From NCBI GenBank assembly GCA_963514005.1, contig OY740814.1, positions 18,228,001 through 18,292,000 of the forward strand: a stretch of DNA of 64,000 nt. The letters are read 5' to 3'. The stretch's first letter is position 1. Each line of letters begins with the position of its first letter. Shown one piece after another: positions 24,397-36,830 of the stretch. Made by a program: the position numbers and the translations under genes. This DNA comes from Raja brachyura (taxonomy: Eukaryota). The notes under the pieces are model-generated. The model saw only the letters and a list, made by a program, of their open reading frames with translations. It had not been told where the DNA came from and did no database searches.

Positions 24397-25479
24397 TACC
24401 CCAATTGTACCCTAATTGCTGCCCCAAGATTTGTGAAGCTAATTCTTTTGGTCACTGCTGTCTTTATAACAATAGTTGGAAGGTGCTGGTAAAGTCTAGT
24501 CTGGTGTACCTGATATATTTCTGAGCCTTCGTCCATTATTCATTCTGTTCATTCAGAAATATGTCTGGCCATTTTTCAATCTATATTGCACAGCACATCT
24601 TGAAAAGTTTGTTGCCATTATGCCTTTGGATGTTGTGCCTATGCTTTTTGATTACTTTTTGCTTTCTTCATTTTTTGTTTACCTGGCCTCTGTCCAGGAT
24701 CCATAATCTTTGTTAATAGTAAAATGTTAGCGAGAGCAAGAATAATGTTTTATTTTTTGAATTGCAGCTGCATGCAAACCTGTTCTGCCTCAAGTCAAAA
24801 ACAAATCAAAGCATTTATAATCATAAACTCAATCCAATCCATCGAGTACATTCAGTTGTTTAAAAATATATAGCAAACTTCACTGAAATGTTTGAAAATA
24901 ATTTATTTAAACTTCAAAAAATAAAAAGCCTTCAAAATAATATTAACAGCATTTTCAGTGTCTTTTCTACAATTAAGTTGATTCAAAAGGTTATATATAA
25001 CACAGGGAACCAAAGTTGCACTCTACAGCGACACTGTTCATTGTTGTGGCAAGAATATGAAATGTTCCCTGTGACATGGGTAAAGGAGCTGCATGCAGCA
25101 CACCAGGAGTGCAGGGTGGCAAAGTTGACATTTCCTCGGGAATTGGCCATTCATCCTAGTTTTTATAAGTTTACTCATTGGTCTTGATTTTTGATTGAAC
25201 TACAGGGTGGCAGATTTACACCACATCAAATACCACTGAATGCATAGTCACTAAAATACAATAACTCTGCCCACAAATAACCAGAATGCTGTCCTTCATT
25301 CTCTCAGAAATTTGAACACAAAATTCACAAGTATGTGAATGAACACAATATTTTTTAAGTGTTTTGAGGATTTAGTGTCATCTGCTTGTGAAATTATTCA
25401 AAAAAACAAGCTTTTCGTAGAGCCTTTTAATAAATACAACATAACGAGTGCACTTTTTCCATGAGTATTCATTGGGTCT

Positions 25480-25800
25480 TTGAGAGATGCAGCATGGAAA
25501 CAGACTCTTCCTGACTCATTCCACTGAGTCCATGCTGACATTGGTCACTATTCCTACATTCATCCTTTTTTAAAATTCTCCTTATGATCTTATCAACACC
25601 CTGAGACAATTTACAGTCACTAATTAACTTCTCAATTCACACATTTTTGGGATGTAGAAGGAAACTGGAGACAAAGAGACAAAAAGACAAAGCCGACACA
25701 TTAACAGGGAGAACATGCAAACTCCACACAAACAACACTGTGGTCAGGATTAAACCTGGTTTTCCGGCACTCTGAGCCGGTAGCTGTGCCATGGTGCTGT
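25480..25800 (-). mobile_element. V-SINE
   Basis: gggagaacatgcaaactccacaca and ggaaactggag are the V-domain reverse complement; the tail is near 25480. Confidence 0.75.
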
Positions 25801-25949
25801 CTTCTAACACCATGTAAAATCTAAATATTACACCGGATTTGACAAGCATCTTTCTTTTAGGATCCTGTGAGATTTCTAAATCGAAAAGAATATTTTACAA
25901 AGCAAAGAACTCCACGTTTTTATAAGCTGTTCATTTTGAAGATAGATTC

Positions 25950-26800
25950 AAGAGTAACTGTTAAAGAATTGGAGTCTGGAGGGCTTTCAGGGAGCTGCTG
26001 TCAGCTTTGAAACAGCGTTCACTGATTGTAAATGACATCTAGCAAGGGGGAGGAAAGCAGCCAGAGAATAATTCCCAATAGGTCATTTATTCAGCACTGT
26101 TTGTTGATTTGACAATGAACAAGCTGTTAAGAATATCTGTGGCATCCAACAGAACTAGTAAATAATAATTATACTGTGCCTCTCCTCACTTTATCTCCTG
26201 TTGTTATTTTGTTAGACTCATTTATACTGTTTCTTCACTGGGGCAGCTGAAGCTGCTATTGTATTAAGCACTTTTGTTTTAAAGTCATTCTTTGTAATCA
26301 AGCGGCAGGCAGCCATTATAATTCAAAAACAACTAGTTCTGACCATCTTAAGTGGCAACATTCTGTGAGTTTGTTAATTACATTTCTGCAGTAAAGCCCC
26401 CTTTTTCAGCATAGATGCAGTCTTTACAACGGGAGATGGAGCATAAATATAAATCAGACCTCTTAAGTGCTAAGCAATTTTGTTCATTTGGTGAAATGAA
26501 ACTTGGAAGCATTTTTTGCACCTCCTGAAATAGATTAAATCAATCCTCAAAAACCCACTATTGTCATACAATTGAAGCACGTTTGTTCTTCAGTGGGAGT
26601 TGATAATTAATCTGAATTTGGAACTTTGCCTTCAGGGGAGAAGGTTACCATTAGAGCTTGAAATTTTGGAAGCGGCTTAGGCTTAAATAGGCTATAAAAT
26701 ACATCATATTTAACAAAAAATGGAAGCCACATTGTGGTGGAGAACTTTAAAACTGATTTCAATGGGTGCAGTTTACAGGTAGCTTCTGACTTTGTTGAGG
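25950..26800. promoter_or_regulatory. Candidate conserved non-coding block
   Basis: TE-free, with homeodomain-like and E-box motifs (taatcaagcggcaggcagccattataattc, cagctg). Inferred. Confidence 0.3.
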
Positions 26801-27764
26801 TCTGATCTGAGCCAATAACTTCAATTTATAAGCTTAGTTTTTTTTTTCTTGGGATGTGGACAAAGTTTGCCTTATTGGTGCAGAAAAGTGACAGGTTATC
26901 ATCTCATCCATCAATTGTGTGAACTGTTGAGGATTTCATAGGCCTGTTCAGAGGGTATTGATAATTAGTTCCAACGAGAAACCAGCATCACATCTGGAAT
27001 AGATTAGCTAGCATGATGGGTCTCCTCCTAAGGTATTAGTGAATCAGCTGGGTTTTGAGACACATAATTTTCTTTGTTTGAACAAATTTACTGAATTCAG
27101 TTCACAACTCCCTCGGAAAGGATTGCAAACATTTTAGTTTGTTAGTTTAGCGCCATGACTACTCACTACAACATTTCAGGAAAGCATTTGCTAAAGATTA
27201 GAAGTGTTATTATTAGAATCGTGTGATTTTGAAGTTTATCATTCTTCATATAGTTGAATGAAGATGTAGACTGGATACAAATAATGCAAAACGCCTCTCC
27301 CAAAGGTCCAGTAATAGGTTCACTGACCCAAACAGACCAGGAGGTTTCAAATGGCTTGCTTTGAATTACCCTGCTGTCAGCTTGGCTGGTTGTAAGAATA
27401 CTATGTTTGGCCTCTGTGCCTTTCAATATATAGGGGCAGTGAAAGGGATTCTCACTCCTAATTGCAGCCGAGTCATCTCTGCCAGTTAATACAGAGAGAT
27501 GTGATGCTCTGTGCAATTAAATATCCATGCCACACTTGTTATTTGGGCTCTAATATGATCACTCAGTAAAGGACATGGAAGACTGCTTGTACCCAAGTAT
27601 AACCAGCAAAAGAGTTTTTTACAGATATTCATATTTTTCAATTCATGTAAATATGGCTTCAACAGGCTGGTGATGTCACTTTAAAGTATACAAGTAATTT
27701 CACAGCATTTTAATTGTTGCCGTTCTTCACACACAGCGGAAAATCATGGTAAGATATACAAGTA

Positions 27765-27960
27765 GAATACAATGTGCAGGAGAAACTCAGTGGGTCAGAC
27801 AGCATCTGTGGAGGAAATGAACAGATGGTGTTTCAGGCCACATCTGCATATGGATCTGACCTGAAATGTTGTCTGTCCATTCCTTCCACCGGACCCACTG
27901 CCTTCCTCCAGCACTTTTGCATTTTGCTCAAGATTCCAGCATCTGTTGTTCCTTTTGTCT
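27765..27960. mobile_element. Degenerate fold-back Penelope terminal module
   Basis: ggagaaactcagtgggtcagacagcatctgtgg (minus arm) followed by ctgaaatgttgtctgtccattcc...ctccagcacttttg...cagcatctgttgttcc (plus arm). Confidence 0.6.
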
Positions 27961-28639
27961 CCCTAATATATACCTTTGACTGTTCACTAGCCTTTAATAT
28001 CGTTTTTCAATTGGCACCGTCTCCACATCCCATCCTGTCTTGAATTCCACCAAATCGCAGATCTTCATCAGCTAAACTATCGTGTACTTGGTGACTTGCA
28101 CATAAATATTCATTCTGAACTCAATACATCAGACACTCAGGTATTTTTATTGTATTTTCTAAAAGCTCTCAGAAACTGACTGCTATTTAATGAATCTGTT
28201 CACAAAACAGAATTAGGTCACAGGGAAAGCCTACATCTTATGTTTGGATCAATGTGTCAGCTAATACTTTATCACAGACATTTGATTATCTCACGCTGAT
28301 TCAATTCCTATTTTGCTGGGTGCAGTTGTGCTGCAACAGAATACTCACTGCATTCATATTAAAAACATAGACCAGTCTATCTGTATGTAAATGTAAGAAA
28401 CCACAGCTCGATGAGGTTGGTTTGTGGATTGTGGGTTGGTTTACTATTAATATATTAATTTGCTTATCCTAAATAATGGCCCAAAAGTAAACTATGCTCC
28501 TTAAAAAACATGTGAATATGTTTTATGAGAATTGGCACATTTAATGCATCATCTGAACTATTCCGATCTTTATTGGCTGAAGAATTAGTATGAATTACAT
28601 GCATTTGATGAAACTATCTGTTCCCTGATATATGTGCAA

Positions 28640-29165
28640 AATGAAACATGATGCCAAAATAAACTAATTCCTGCACATGATCCATATCCCTCCATTCTCT
28701 GCATGTTCACATGCTTATTTAAAAGCCACTATTGTCCCAGAATCCATAAACACAGACCTTTCTAAGCACCTACCACTTTCTGTATTTAAAAAAAAAACAC
28801 TATTAATCCATCCATCTTAAAAATGTAGCCCTTCTCATCTTAAAGCTACTTTGTCTATTTGACATTTTCATGATTTGTAAAAAGATTCTGACTCTCTCAT
28901 CATTTTATTCTGCCCTCAGCCGCCAGAGAAAACTATCCAATTTTGTCTAACCTCTCCTTGCTAATGTCCTCTAATCCAGGTAGCAGCCTGGTAAATCTCT
29001 TCTGCATCCTCTCCAAATCTTCCACGTCCTTCCTATAATGGAGCAACAAGAACTACACACTAGTCCAAATGCGGCCTAACTAAAATTTTAGAAGCTGGCA
29101 CAAGACTTCCTGACTGTTAAGCTCAATGCCTTGGGCAATTAATGCAAACATACCTTTCTTTACTA
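28640..29165 (-). mobile_element. CR1 LINE 3' region, degraded
   Basis: gatccatatccctccattc, and aagaactacacactagtccaaatgcggcctaac (reverse complement of an LVRPHLxxCVxF-like motif). Confidence 0.75.
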
Positions 29166-29174
29166 TTCAACGTG

Positions 29175-29725
29175 TATTGGTATTGGTTTATTATCATCAT
29201 GCGACATACAGTGAGAATCCTTTAGTTGTGTGCGCTCAGGCAAATCTACCATACACGAGTACAACAGGTAATACAATAGCGAAAATACACGAAGTGCAGA
29301 ATATAGTGTTACTGCTCCAGAGAAATGCAGATAAAAAAAGTACAAGGTCTGCAATAAGATAGATTAGAAGGTCAGGAATGTATCCCCAGCATATGAGAGG
29401 CTCAATCAAGAGTCTGATAATAGCAGAGAAGAAGGTTTCAAACTATTATATCTTCTGCCCAACGGGAGTGGAGAACTGAGAGAATTGCCGGGGTGTGAGT
29501 GGTCCTTGATTATGTTGGCTGTTTTCCAAAGGCATCGTGAAATAGAGATGGAGTTATTGGGTGGAGAATGGTGGTTTGTTTGATGGACTAGGCTGTGTTC
29601 ACAACTCTCTGTAATTTCTTGTGGTCTTGGGCAGAGCTGCTGCCATCCTAAGCTATGATGCATCAGAATAGGATGGTTTCTCTGGTGAATGTATACAAAT
29701 TGGCAAGACTCATGACAGACATGCT
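29175..29725 (-). mobile_element. Rex-Babar-like LINE 3' end
   Basis: Tail tttattatcatcatgcgacatacagtgag; ORF 29406-29834 contains KTANIIKDHSHPGNSLSSPLPLGRRYNSL, a Rex1-type C-terminus. Confidence 0.75.
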
Positions 29726-29784
29726 GAATGTCCCATGTTGCAACTCGGGGGGCTAATGACCTGGATGCCAAGACCCCTCTGTAC

Positions 29785-30264
29785 ATCAACCTGATCTCCC
29801 AGTTGCTAAGCAGTTTAATTCTCCCCATTCCCACACAGACCTTTCTGTTCTAGGTCTCCTCCATTGTCAGAGTGAGGCTAAATGCAAATTGGAGCAACAG
29901 CATCTCATAATTTGCTTGGGCAGCTTACAGCCCAGTGGTATGGAGATTGATTTCTTTAACTTCAGATAGCCCTGGTTTTCCCTCTCTCTACCCCTGGCTA
30001 CTCGTTTTCATCCAAAAAGCAGCTAGCAATGGCCAGTTTCCTTTATCATTGTTACTTTTTTGCATATCTTTCATTCATTTGTCTTTATCTCTCTACATCA
30101 TCGTCTATACCTCTCGTATCCCTTATCCCTAACCAGTCTGAAGAAGGGTCTCGACCCAAAATGTCACCCATTCCTTCTCTCCAGAGATGTTGCCTGCCCC
30201 GCTGAGTTACTCCAGCTTTTTGTGTGTTATCTTCGGTTTAAACCAGCATCTGCAGTTCCTTCCT
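29785..30264 (+). mobile_element. Penelope-like element 3' end (GIY-YIG C-terminus plus terminal module)
   Basis: Reads PDLPVAKQFNSPHSHTDLSVLGLLHCQSEAKCKLEQQHLIICLGSLQPSGMEIDFFNFR*. The hammerhead-like motif at 30138 has GAAA changed to AAAA. Confidence 0.88.
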
Positions 30265-31000
30265 AAGAATCCTTTCCAATAGCTTCACTACCACTGATGT
30301 GATGCTCACCAGTCTATAATTTCCTGCATTATCCCTGCTGCCCTTCTCAAACAAAGAATTACCATTAGCTACTCTCCAGACCTCCGGGACCTTTACTGTG
30401 ACTGGAGGGAATGCAAAGGACTTTGTCAATGCCTCAGAAATTTCCTCTCTTGTCCCTGTCAATAACCTGGCCTAGATCCATCAGGGTTTGGAGATTAAGT
30501 CCCTGTCCCACTTAGGAGACCTAAACCGCAACTTCTGGTGACCTTGCCCACACCCAATGTTTCCATGAGGTCACCGGAGGTTTTGGTCACTCTCACTAAT
30601 GGTCGAAAGTGGTTTCCGTGTGGTCAAGGCTTCATCTAGGTTGCTGCTATTGTTTCATCATGATTATAACTGGACTCGACTAAAAATAGGTTGCTGTTTT
30701 AAAAATCGATAATTTTTTGGTCGCAGGTCTTATCGAAGCCAATTTTCTTCATAGGCGAGGAAGGTCTTCAACATATGCATGGGAGGTTGTAGGAGGTTGC
30801 AGGTCATCTCGACCTTGATTTTTTTTTGGGGTGGCGGGCAAGGTCACCAGCGGTTGCTGTTTAGGTCTCCCAAGTGGGACAGGGGCTCCTTCAAGAGACC
30901 CAAAGCCATTACCTTCTTGGTCTCAAAATATCCAAGCCTACCCCATACTGATCTCATTATCCCTTATGAGCTTCTCCTTCGTGAATATCGATGCACAGCA
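30265..31000 (-). mobile_element. CR1 ORF2 fragment interrupted by a MITE
   Basis: ORF 30238-30462: VPEVWRVAN...FEKGSRDNAGNYRLVSITSVVVKLLERIL. CR1-like sequence resumes after 30888. Confidence 0.75.
30498..30887. mobile_element. Non-autonomous DNA transposon (MITE) with about 60-bp imperfect TIRs, possibly PIF/Harbinger
   Basis: Left end agtccctgtcccacttaggagacctaaaccgcaacttctggtgaccttgccc; right end gggcaaggtcaccagcggttgctgtttaggtctcccaagtgggacaggggct. No transposase is present. Confidence 0.85.
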
Positions 31001-32939
31001 CTTGTTAGTACCTTATATTAACTTGTAATTGCAACTTTCATTTAGGATCTTCAAGAAAATTTGTCACACTTTATGTGTGAGATGGTTATATTGGGGAATG
31101 GTTCACATCTAATCACTGACCACCTATAACAAAACAATAATGTAAAGCATGCTCCTCCATTACAATGGCATGAGGAATAAAAGGTTTCTATGGATTTCTC
31201 TAAAATCTGGGCTCACTCATTAAAGAGCATTTGATGTTTTGCCAAGTTTTTATCCAATAAGTTATGAACTGTTTCCCAGTGAGAATGTGTTGACATCTTA
31301 GGAAAACAGATTTAAGGTGTTAGGCATTGATATGACACAAAGAAACATTTATTATTGTTGTGACCTAGAGTCCACTTCCTGAATGGATGGTGAGAGAAGT
31401 ATTAAGTAGTACGTTAAAAGGGAATCAATTACAGTGCTATGGGAACCAGGGAAAATTGATGATTGGAAAAGCTGTTTCCAAGAATATCACAGCTATGATA
31501 GGATGAATGCATGACGTGGTCTATGTTGGTATGAGACCCCATCCAATATGTTTCAGCCTCAGTCTCAGAAGAGCGCTCTGTGTATTGGTCTTTTCCCTTT
31601 CTGACAAGCTCTCCCTTTCTAAGTTTACCAGTTTATCTCTAGGAGCTTGATTGAGTCTACCCAAAACAGAAAATGCAAAGATTATAAAGCATCAATCAAC
31701 ATCTTTTAAAGATAAAAGATTTGTTATTTCAATTTGGTTTACTTTATGATTCACGTGCAAAAATGGATGCATCACTGAACAGTGTTGAGGGCAGGAGAAC
31801 TGTGGAGACGTGTCCTGTGATTAAATTTGCTCAAATGCATTTGTAAGTTCAAACAGAGTTTGCGATCTGTGTCAGAACAGTATTTGAATCTAGGCACCAG
31901 AATTGAAATGACTGTATCTAATTATATTTACCACCAGAATACGCAGGCTTTAAGTGAAAACTGTCAGGGTTAATACTGTTGATTGCAAAATTGAGAATTA
32001 GCAATGTTCAGGTAATTGAGCAGTTTGGGGGGAAAAAAAGTAAATCTTTGTCATCACATATCTCCCTTTGGTCACATTTAAATATTCCACACTTCTATCT
32101 ATTTATGATCTTGCTTCTTATGCACCAGAAATGACTCGATCTCTAGTGTGTTGGAAGAACTAATGGTTGGCTTCAATCATACTAACAGTGAGGTGGGAAT
32201 CCTTTTGCAAACATAGCTATGTAAACACATTGAAATATTAATTTGAAAAAAATGGTAAATTGTGTTTCAACTTTCATAAAGCGAATGCTGAAGTAATTAA
32301 TTTCCAAAGTACGTGGCAAAAACAAAAAAGTAGCAGTTAGTATAAAGTTACAATTTAATTTCACTAATGAGGCCTACACTGGTGGAATGAATGTTGTCGG
32401 TATGCTTTTATTGGGAAATAAACAAGTGACTTTCTTGCCCTTTGGAGGGTTAATGAAACAGGGCCAATTTATTGCTTTTAAGGGTATGGCCCCATTCAAT
32501 GTTGGTCAGACTGTACAGGAAAAGCATTTGTTGGCCAAGGATCACAGGTTTGGGGTGAGAAAGATTCAGCAGGGTAGATTTACTTACCCTGAGGGCAGGA
32601 TGGATAACAGTGGTGGTGCTAGTATCACATTTTGCACTAGAATCAAGGACAGGGCCAGAACATAAAGATTTATAAAGTCCAATTCACTACATGGATTATC
32701 AGAATGGCTACAGGGCAGCTGTAAAAATCATCAATTAAGAGGTCATTGCTTTAGTTTGCTTGAGTAAACAGCTTTGACGTGCAATAAAGTGAATGTGCCT
32801 GGTGACTGCACAGAAGCATAACACTGTATTCAATGGGTCACGTAATGTGTTCCTTAACACCACCTATAGTCACAATACCATTGCAGTGTTGCATCCACAA
32901 ACTACTTTAAAAAGTATCTGCTTTTAGTATTTTCAGTGT

Positions 32940-33152
32940 GTAAGAAGGAACTGCAGATGCTGGTTTAAACCGAAGATAGACACAAAAAGCTGCAGTAACT
33001 CAGCGGGACAGGCAGCATCTCTGGAGAGAAGGAATGGGTGACGTTTCGGGTCGAGACCCTTCTTCAGAGGTCTCGACCCGAAACGTCACCCATTCCTTCT
33101 CTCCAGAGATGCCGCCTGTCCCACTGAGTTACTCCAACTTTTTTGTGTGTAT
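32940..33152. mobile_element. Fold-back (inverted pair) Penelope terminal-module insertion with 18-bp TSD
   Basis: TSD ttttagtattttcagtgt at 32922-32939 and 33153-33170. The two arms are reverse complements meeting at about 33068. Confidence 0.93.
33040..33067 (-). ncRNA. Minimal hammerhead ribozyme motif, intact core
   Basis: The reverse complement is ctgaagaagggtctcgacccgaaacgtc. Confidence 0.7.
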
Positions 33153-33229
33153 TTTTAGTATTTTCAGTGTCTGTTAGCATGCATATTGGATAGGAAAGGC
33201 CATTTGTGCCGCCACATTGTGGATTAGGT

Positions 33230-34155
33230 GTAGATTTAGGTTGATTATTGTCACGTGTACCTATTTGCATGCTAAACAAAGAGATTAGATATACCTTATG
33301 TAAATCCAAATACAATACATAGAAAGAAGAGGAAGATATAGAATATAGTTCTCAGCATCGTAGCGTATCAGTTCTACCGACAAAGTCCAATGTCCACAAT
33401 GGGGTAGAGGTGAATCAGACCGTACCCTGTCATAAGCCATTCAGAAGCCATTCACGGAGCAGGGAGAAAAAAGAATGTGGGGTGGGAAAATACTTTAATT
33501 ATGTTGGCTGCTTTTCTGAGCAGTGTGAAGTGGGAATAGCGTCAATGGTGGGAACTCCAGTCTGTGTGATGGACTAGTTCACAACTACAATTCTGTGTAA
33601 TTTCTTGCAGTCTTGGGCCGAGTGATTCTCAAAACAAGCTGTGATGGTATCCATCCTGTGCTGCGTCTGTTGAACTGATAACAGTCATTAGAGACATGCC
33701 GAATTTCCTCAGTCTCCTCAGGAAGTAGAGCCTAGTGTACCTTCTTGGCTGATACATCAATAGAGTGAGTCCACAACACATTGTTGGTAATAATTACGTC
33801 AAGGAACATGAAGCTCTCAACCATTTTCACTTCATCAACGTCGATGCTGATTGGAGCATGTGCTCCATCATGTTTCTTGAAGTCGATAACTAGCTCCTTC
33901 GTCTTGCTGACATTGAGGGAGAGATTGTTGTACTGACACCATGCTATTAAGTTATCTACCTCCTTGCTGTACTCCATCTCTCTATTGTTTGTGATCTGGC
34001 CCACCACAGGGTTGTCATCTGCAAATTTGTTGATGGAGTTAGAGGTGAATTTGGCCATGCAGTCATGAGTGTATAAGGAGTGTAGTTGGGGACTGAGCAC
34101 GCATCCTTGCGGGGCTCCGATGTTGAGAATTTTTGTGGAGGAGGTGTTGTCACCT
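33230..34155 (-). mobile_element. Rex1/Babar-type non-LTR retrotransposon, 3' part
   Basis: ORF 33732-34100: LSPQLHSLYTHDCMAK...KFADD..VVGQIT...WCQYNNLSLNVSKTKELVIDF. The tail is near 33240. Confidence 0.85.
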
Positions 34156-34499
34156 TGCCTCTGAAGGGTTAGAAGGTGAAACTATTTGGTTAGAACCCAG
34201 GAAGAGGGGGATTGAAATGAGCATGTGGTGGGTTTCATGGCAGTGCTATCGGGCTGAGGAGGAATAGAGATCACAGTCAATGAGGTGATGGTGAAAAGTT
34301 GCAGAGAAAACATTAGAAGGACACGGGAAAAGGACAGGGATAATATCGCAAATATGAAAGGTGAAAACTACAAGCCCCTTAAGATTAAAAAATATACTGC
34401 GCTGCCATTATATAGATCATCAAGTCCTATATTTGGTAAGGTTTGTACCTATTTTGCTTCTCAGGCCTAGTGTGCTAGCAATTTTTGTTCTGTGAGTTC

Positions 34500-34890
34500 T
34501 TAAGACTGATGAAGGACCTGGGGATCAGCGGACAAGCCCTATGCCAGGCCATCAAAGAAACATCACGGGTGGCAGAGCGGAGTAGCCAGTGGCTGTGGCT
34601 GAAGAGGAAAGACCCCATTTGGTCTCCCAAATAACCGACTAGACAGATGCAGAGGCGGGTGGTTCTGTGACGCCAGAATGCACCCCTGAGCCTACTGGAG
34701 ACGTCGTGGGTTCAATCAGCAAAACGTCGATGAAAGTAGGTACCCACTTGATAACCCCAATGACGTGTCTGCCTGGCCTTTCTCAACATCGGAGGAGCAT
34801 AGGTGAGTGCAGAAGGCTCCCATCACCATCGGGAGTAAATTGATATTTGGCACTTTGGACTTTTAACATCTAGTCCTGTGTATTTGTAAA
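34500..34890 (+). mobile_element. 3' end of a HERO-like (R2-group, RLE) non-LTR retrotransposon
   Basis: 34503-34634 reads RLMKDLGISGQALCQAIKETSRVAERSSQWLWLKRKDPIWSPK*, resembling the HERO C-terminus. A CpG-retaining 3' UTR follows. Confidence 0.6.
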
Positions 34891-34958
34891 CAATAGACAA
34901 AGGATTCCAATTTAAACATTTATTCCGGTCTCGGATGTGCCAAAAAAGGGGAATTTAT

Positions 34959-35087
34959 TCTGAAGAAGGGTGCCAACCCAAAACATCAGTCATACGTTCT
35001 CCAGAGATGCTGCCTGACCCACTGAGTTACTCCGGCACTTTGTGTTTTTTAGTTTGTAAACTAGCATTTGCTGTTCCTTGTTTCTAC
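34959..35087 (+). mobile_element. Penelope terminal module (degenerate hammerhead)
   Basis: ctgaagaagggtgccaacccaaaacatc...gagatgctgcctgacccactgagttactcc...ttccttgtttctac. Confidence 0.85.
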
Positions 35088-36397
35088 CAAGCACGATAAT
35101 TATCCTTAGTCTCAAGCTGGGGAGGGAAAGAATCATGTAGGGTTTCTATACCTGATTCTTGTAAAATAAATATCTCATGCAAAGCACATCTTTTTTTGTA
35201 AACCAGCATCTGCTGTTCCTTATATCCAGCCAAATTTCTTTGTTGTTCACCTCCTTACAAATATTTAGATCATCATTATTGTGAAGTTAGAATGCAAAGT
35301 TTGGGCAATAGAATCAATTATTTGAAATGGAGTAGAATTTTTCAATATTTGGTATTAAATTGTGGCTCCTGGTCTTTCCGAAGGAATGAACACAACATTT
35401 CTTATTCAATGTAAATAGATTTTATAATTTCTCAGCTATATTATGTCAATAAATATCATTAGAAACGTGATCCGCTTCAGTTCAGTTCCATGTACTAGGC
35501 CGCAAACTCAAGTACATTTTCAACATTGGCACTTGCTCCTATATGTTTAGAGCAACTTATCATTTTCTCTGAGTTGCAGCACTTCATTTTGGTCAGGTAC
35601 CTTTGCACCACCTTTTTCCCTTTTGGCTGCATTAAACTGAAACCTAATCTTTACCATAATTGTAATCCCAGTCTCATTCCTTGGTTCCAATAGTTGACGT
35701 TCATTTCTGCCTTGAGGCTTAAGCTACAATTCTGGACTTTGTCTTTTTTTAAAGGACAGTATCCCTTATGTTTAACCTACTAGGCTGTATTTCAAGATTA
35801 CAACAAATCAAGGCTCCATAGCATTCTGTTTATTCACAATCCCTGTCAGATGAAACATGGATTGTTTCTTGAAAATAATATGGCTTAGGTTGGATCGTTA
35901 TTTCAAGTTATAAACTTGTGGATTGAAATGGCAGGAGATTCTACATCCCAAAATGATTTCCTGGCAGAGGCATGAAATAAATATGCAGATTCTGCTGTTA
36001 TTTATGAATAGGAACATCCTATTTGGTCAGCCACAACATTGTTAGAATCTAATGTATTATTTCTGCAAATACTGAACAGTCCACGATGAAAACATAAAGA
36101 AACCACAGAGGCTGGAAATCTACTGGAGGAACTCAGCAGGTTGCACAGAACCTGTTTCGGGGGGGCGGGGGGGGATAAGAATTGTTGACACTTCTAGTCA
36201 AAACCCTGCGTCGTAGACCTGAATCGCCTACATTTCCTTTCCCCCCCAATAAGGTGCTGCTCAACCAATTGTCTGACGGTCCATGATGAGTCGTAGTAAC
36301 TATTCTAGAAACTCATAAATTCCACAGTGAAGCTCAGTGATTATATGCTAAAGAGTGCTTAAGAGTTAACCAAATGTTCTTTCTGCTATTTTATACA

Positions 36398-36830
36398 GAC
36401 TTGGATTGTTTTCTCTGGAACACGTGAGGTTGCAGGCAGACCTGATAGAAGTATGTAAAATTATGGGAGGTATAAATAATAAGGTAGACAGTCTGAATCA
36501 TTTTCCCAGAATGTAAAAATCAAATACTGGAGGGCATAGCTTTAAGGTGAGAGGTTTAAAGGGTATGCATGGGGCACGATTTGTTGCACACAGGATGGTG
36601 AGAGCCTGAAACTCACTGTCAGTGGTTGGCAGTGCCAGCGGGTGATGGTTGAAGCAGATATGTTTGTGGCATTCAAAAAACATCTGGATAGGCATATGGA
36701 TCTGCAGGGAATGGAGGAATATGGGTTATGTGCAGGTTGAAAAGTGATGGTTTTGGCATCAGGTTCAGCACAGATATTCTTGGCCAAAGGACCTGTTCTT
36801 GTGCTGTACTGTTCTATGTTCTATGTTCTA
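36398..36830 (+). mobile_element. CR1 LINE 3' end with (ttctatg)n tail
   Basis: gacctgatagaagtatgtaaaattatg (DLIEVCKIM), ending tgtactgttctatgttctatgttcta. Confidence 0.85.

Noticed and set aside
34690-34760. A permuted hammerhead in the HERO-like 3' UTR (caaaacgtc...cttgataa)
   Set aside because: Both core boxes deviate from CUGANGA and GAAA, and I could not build the required stems.
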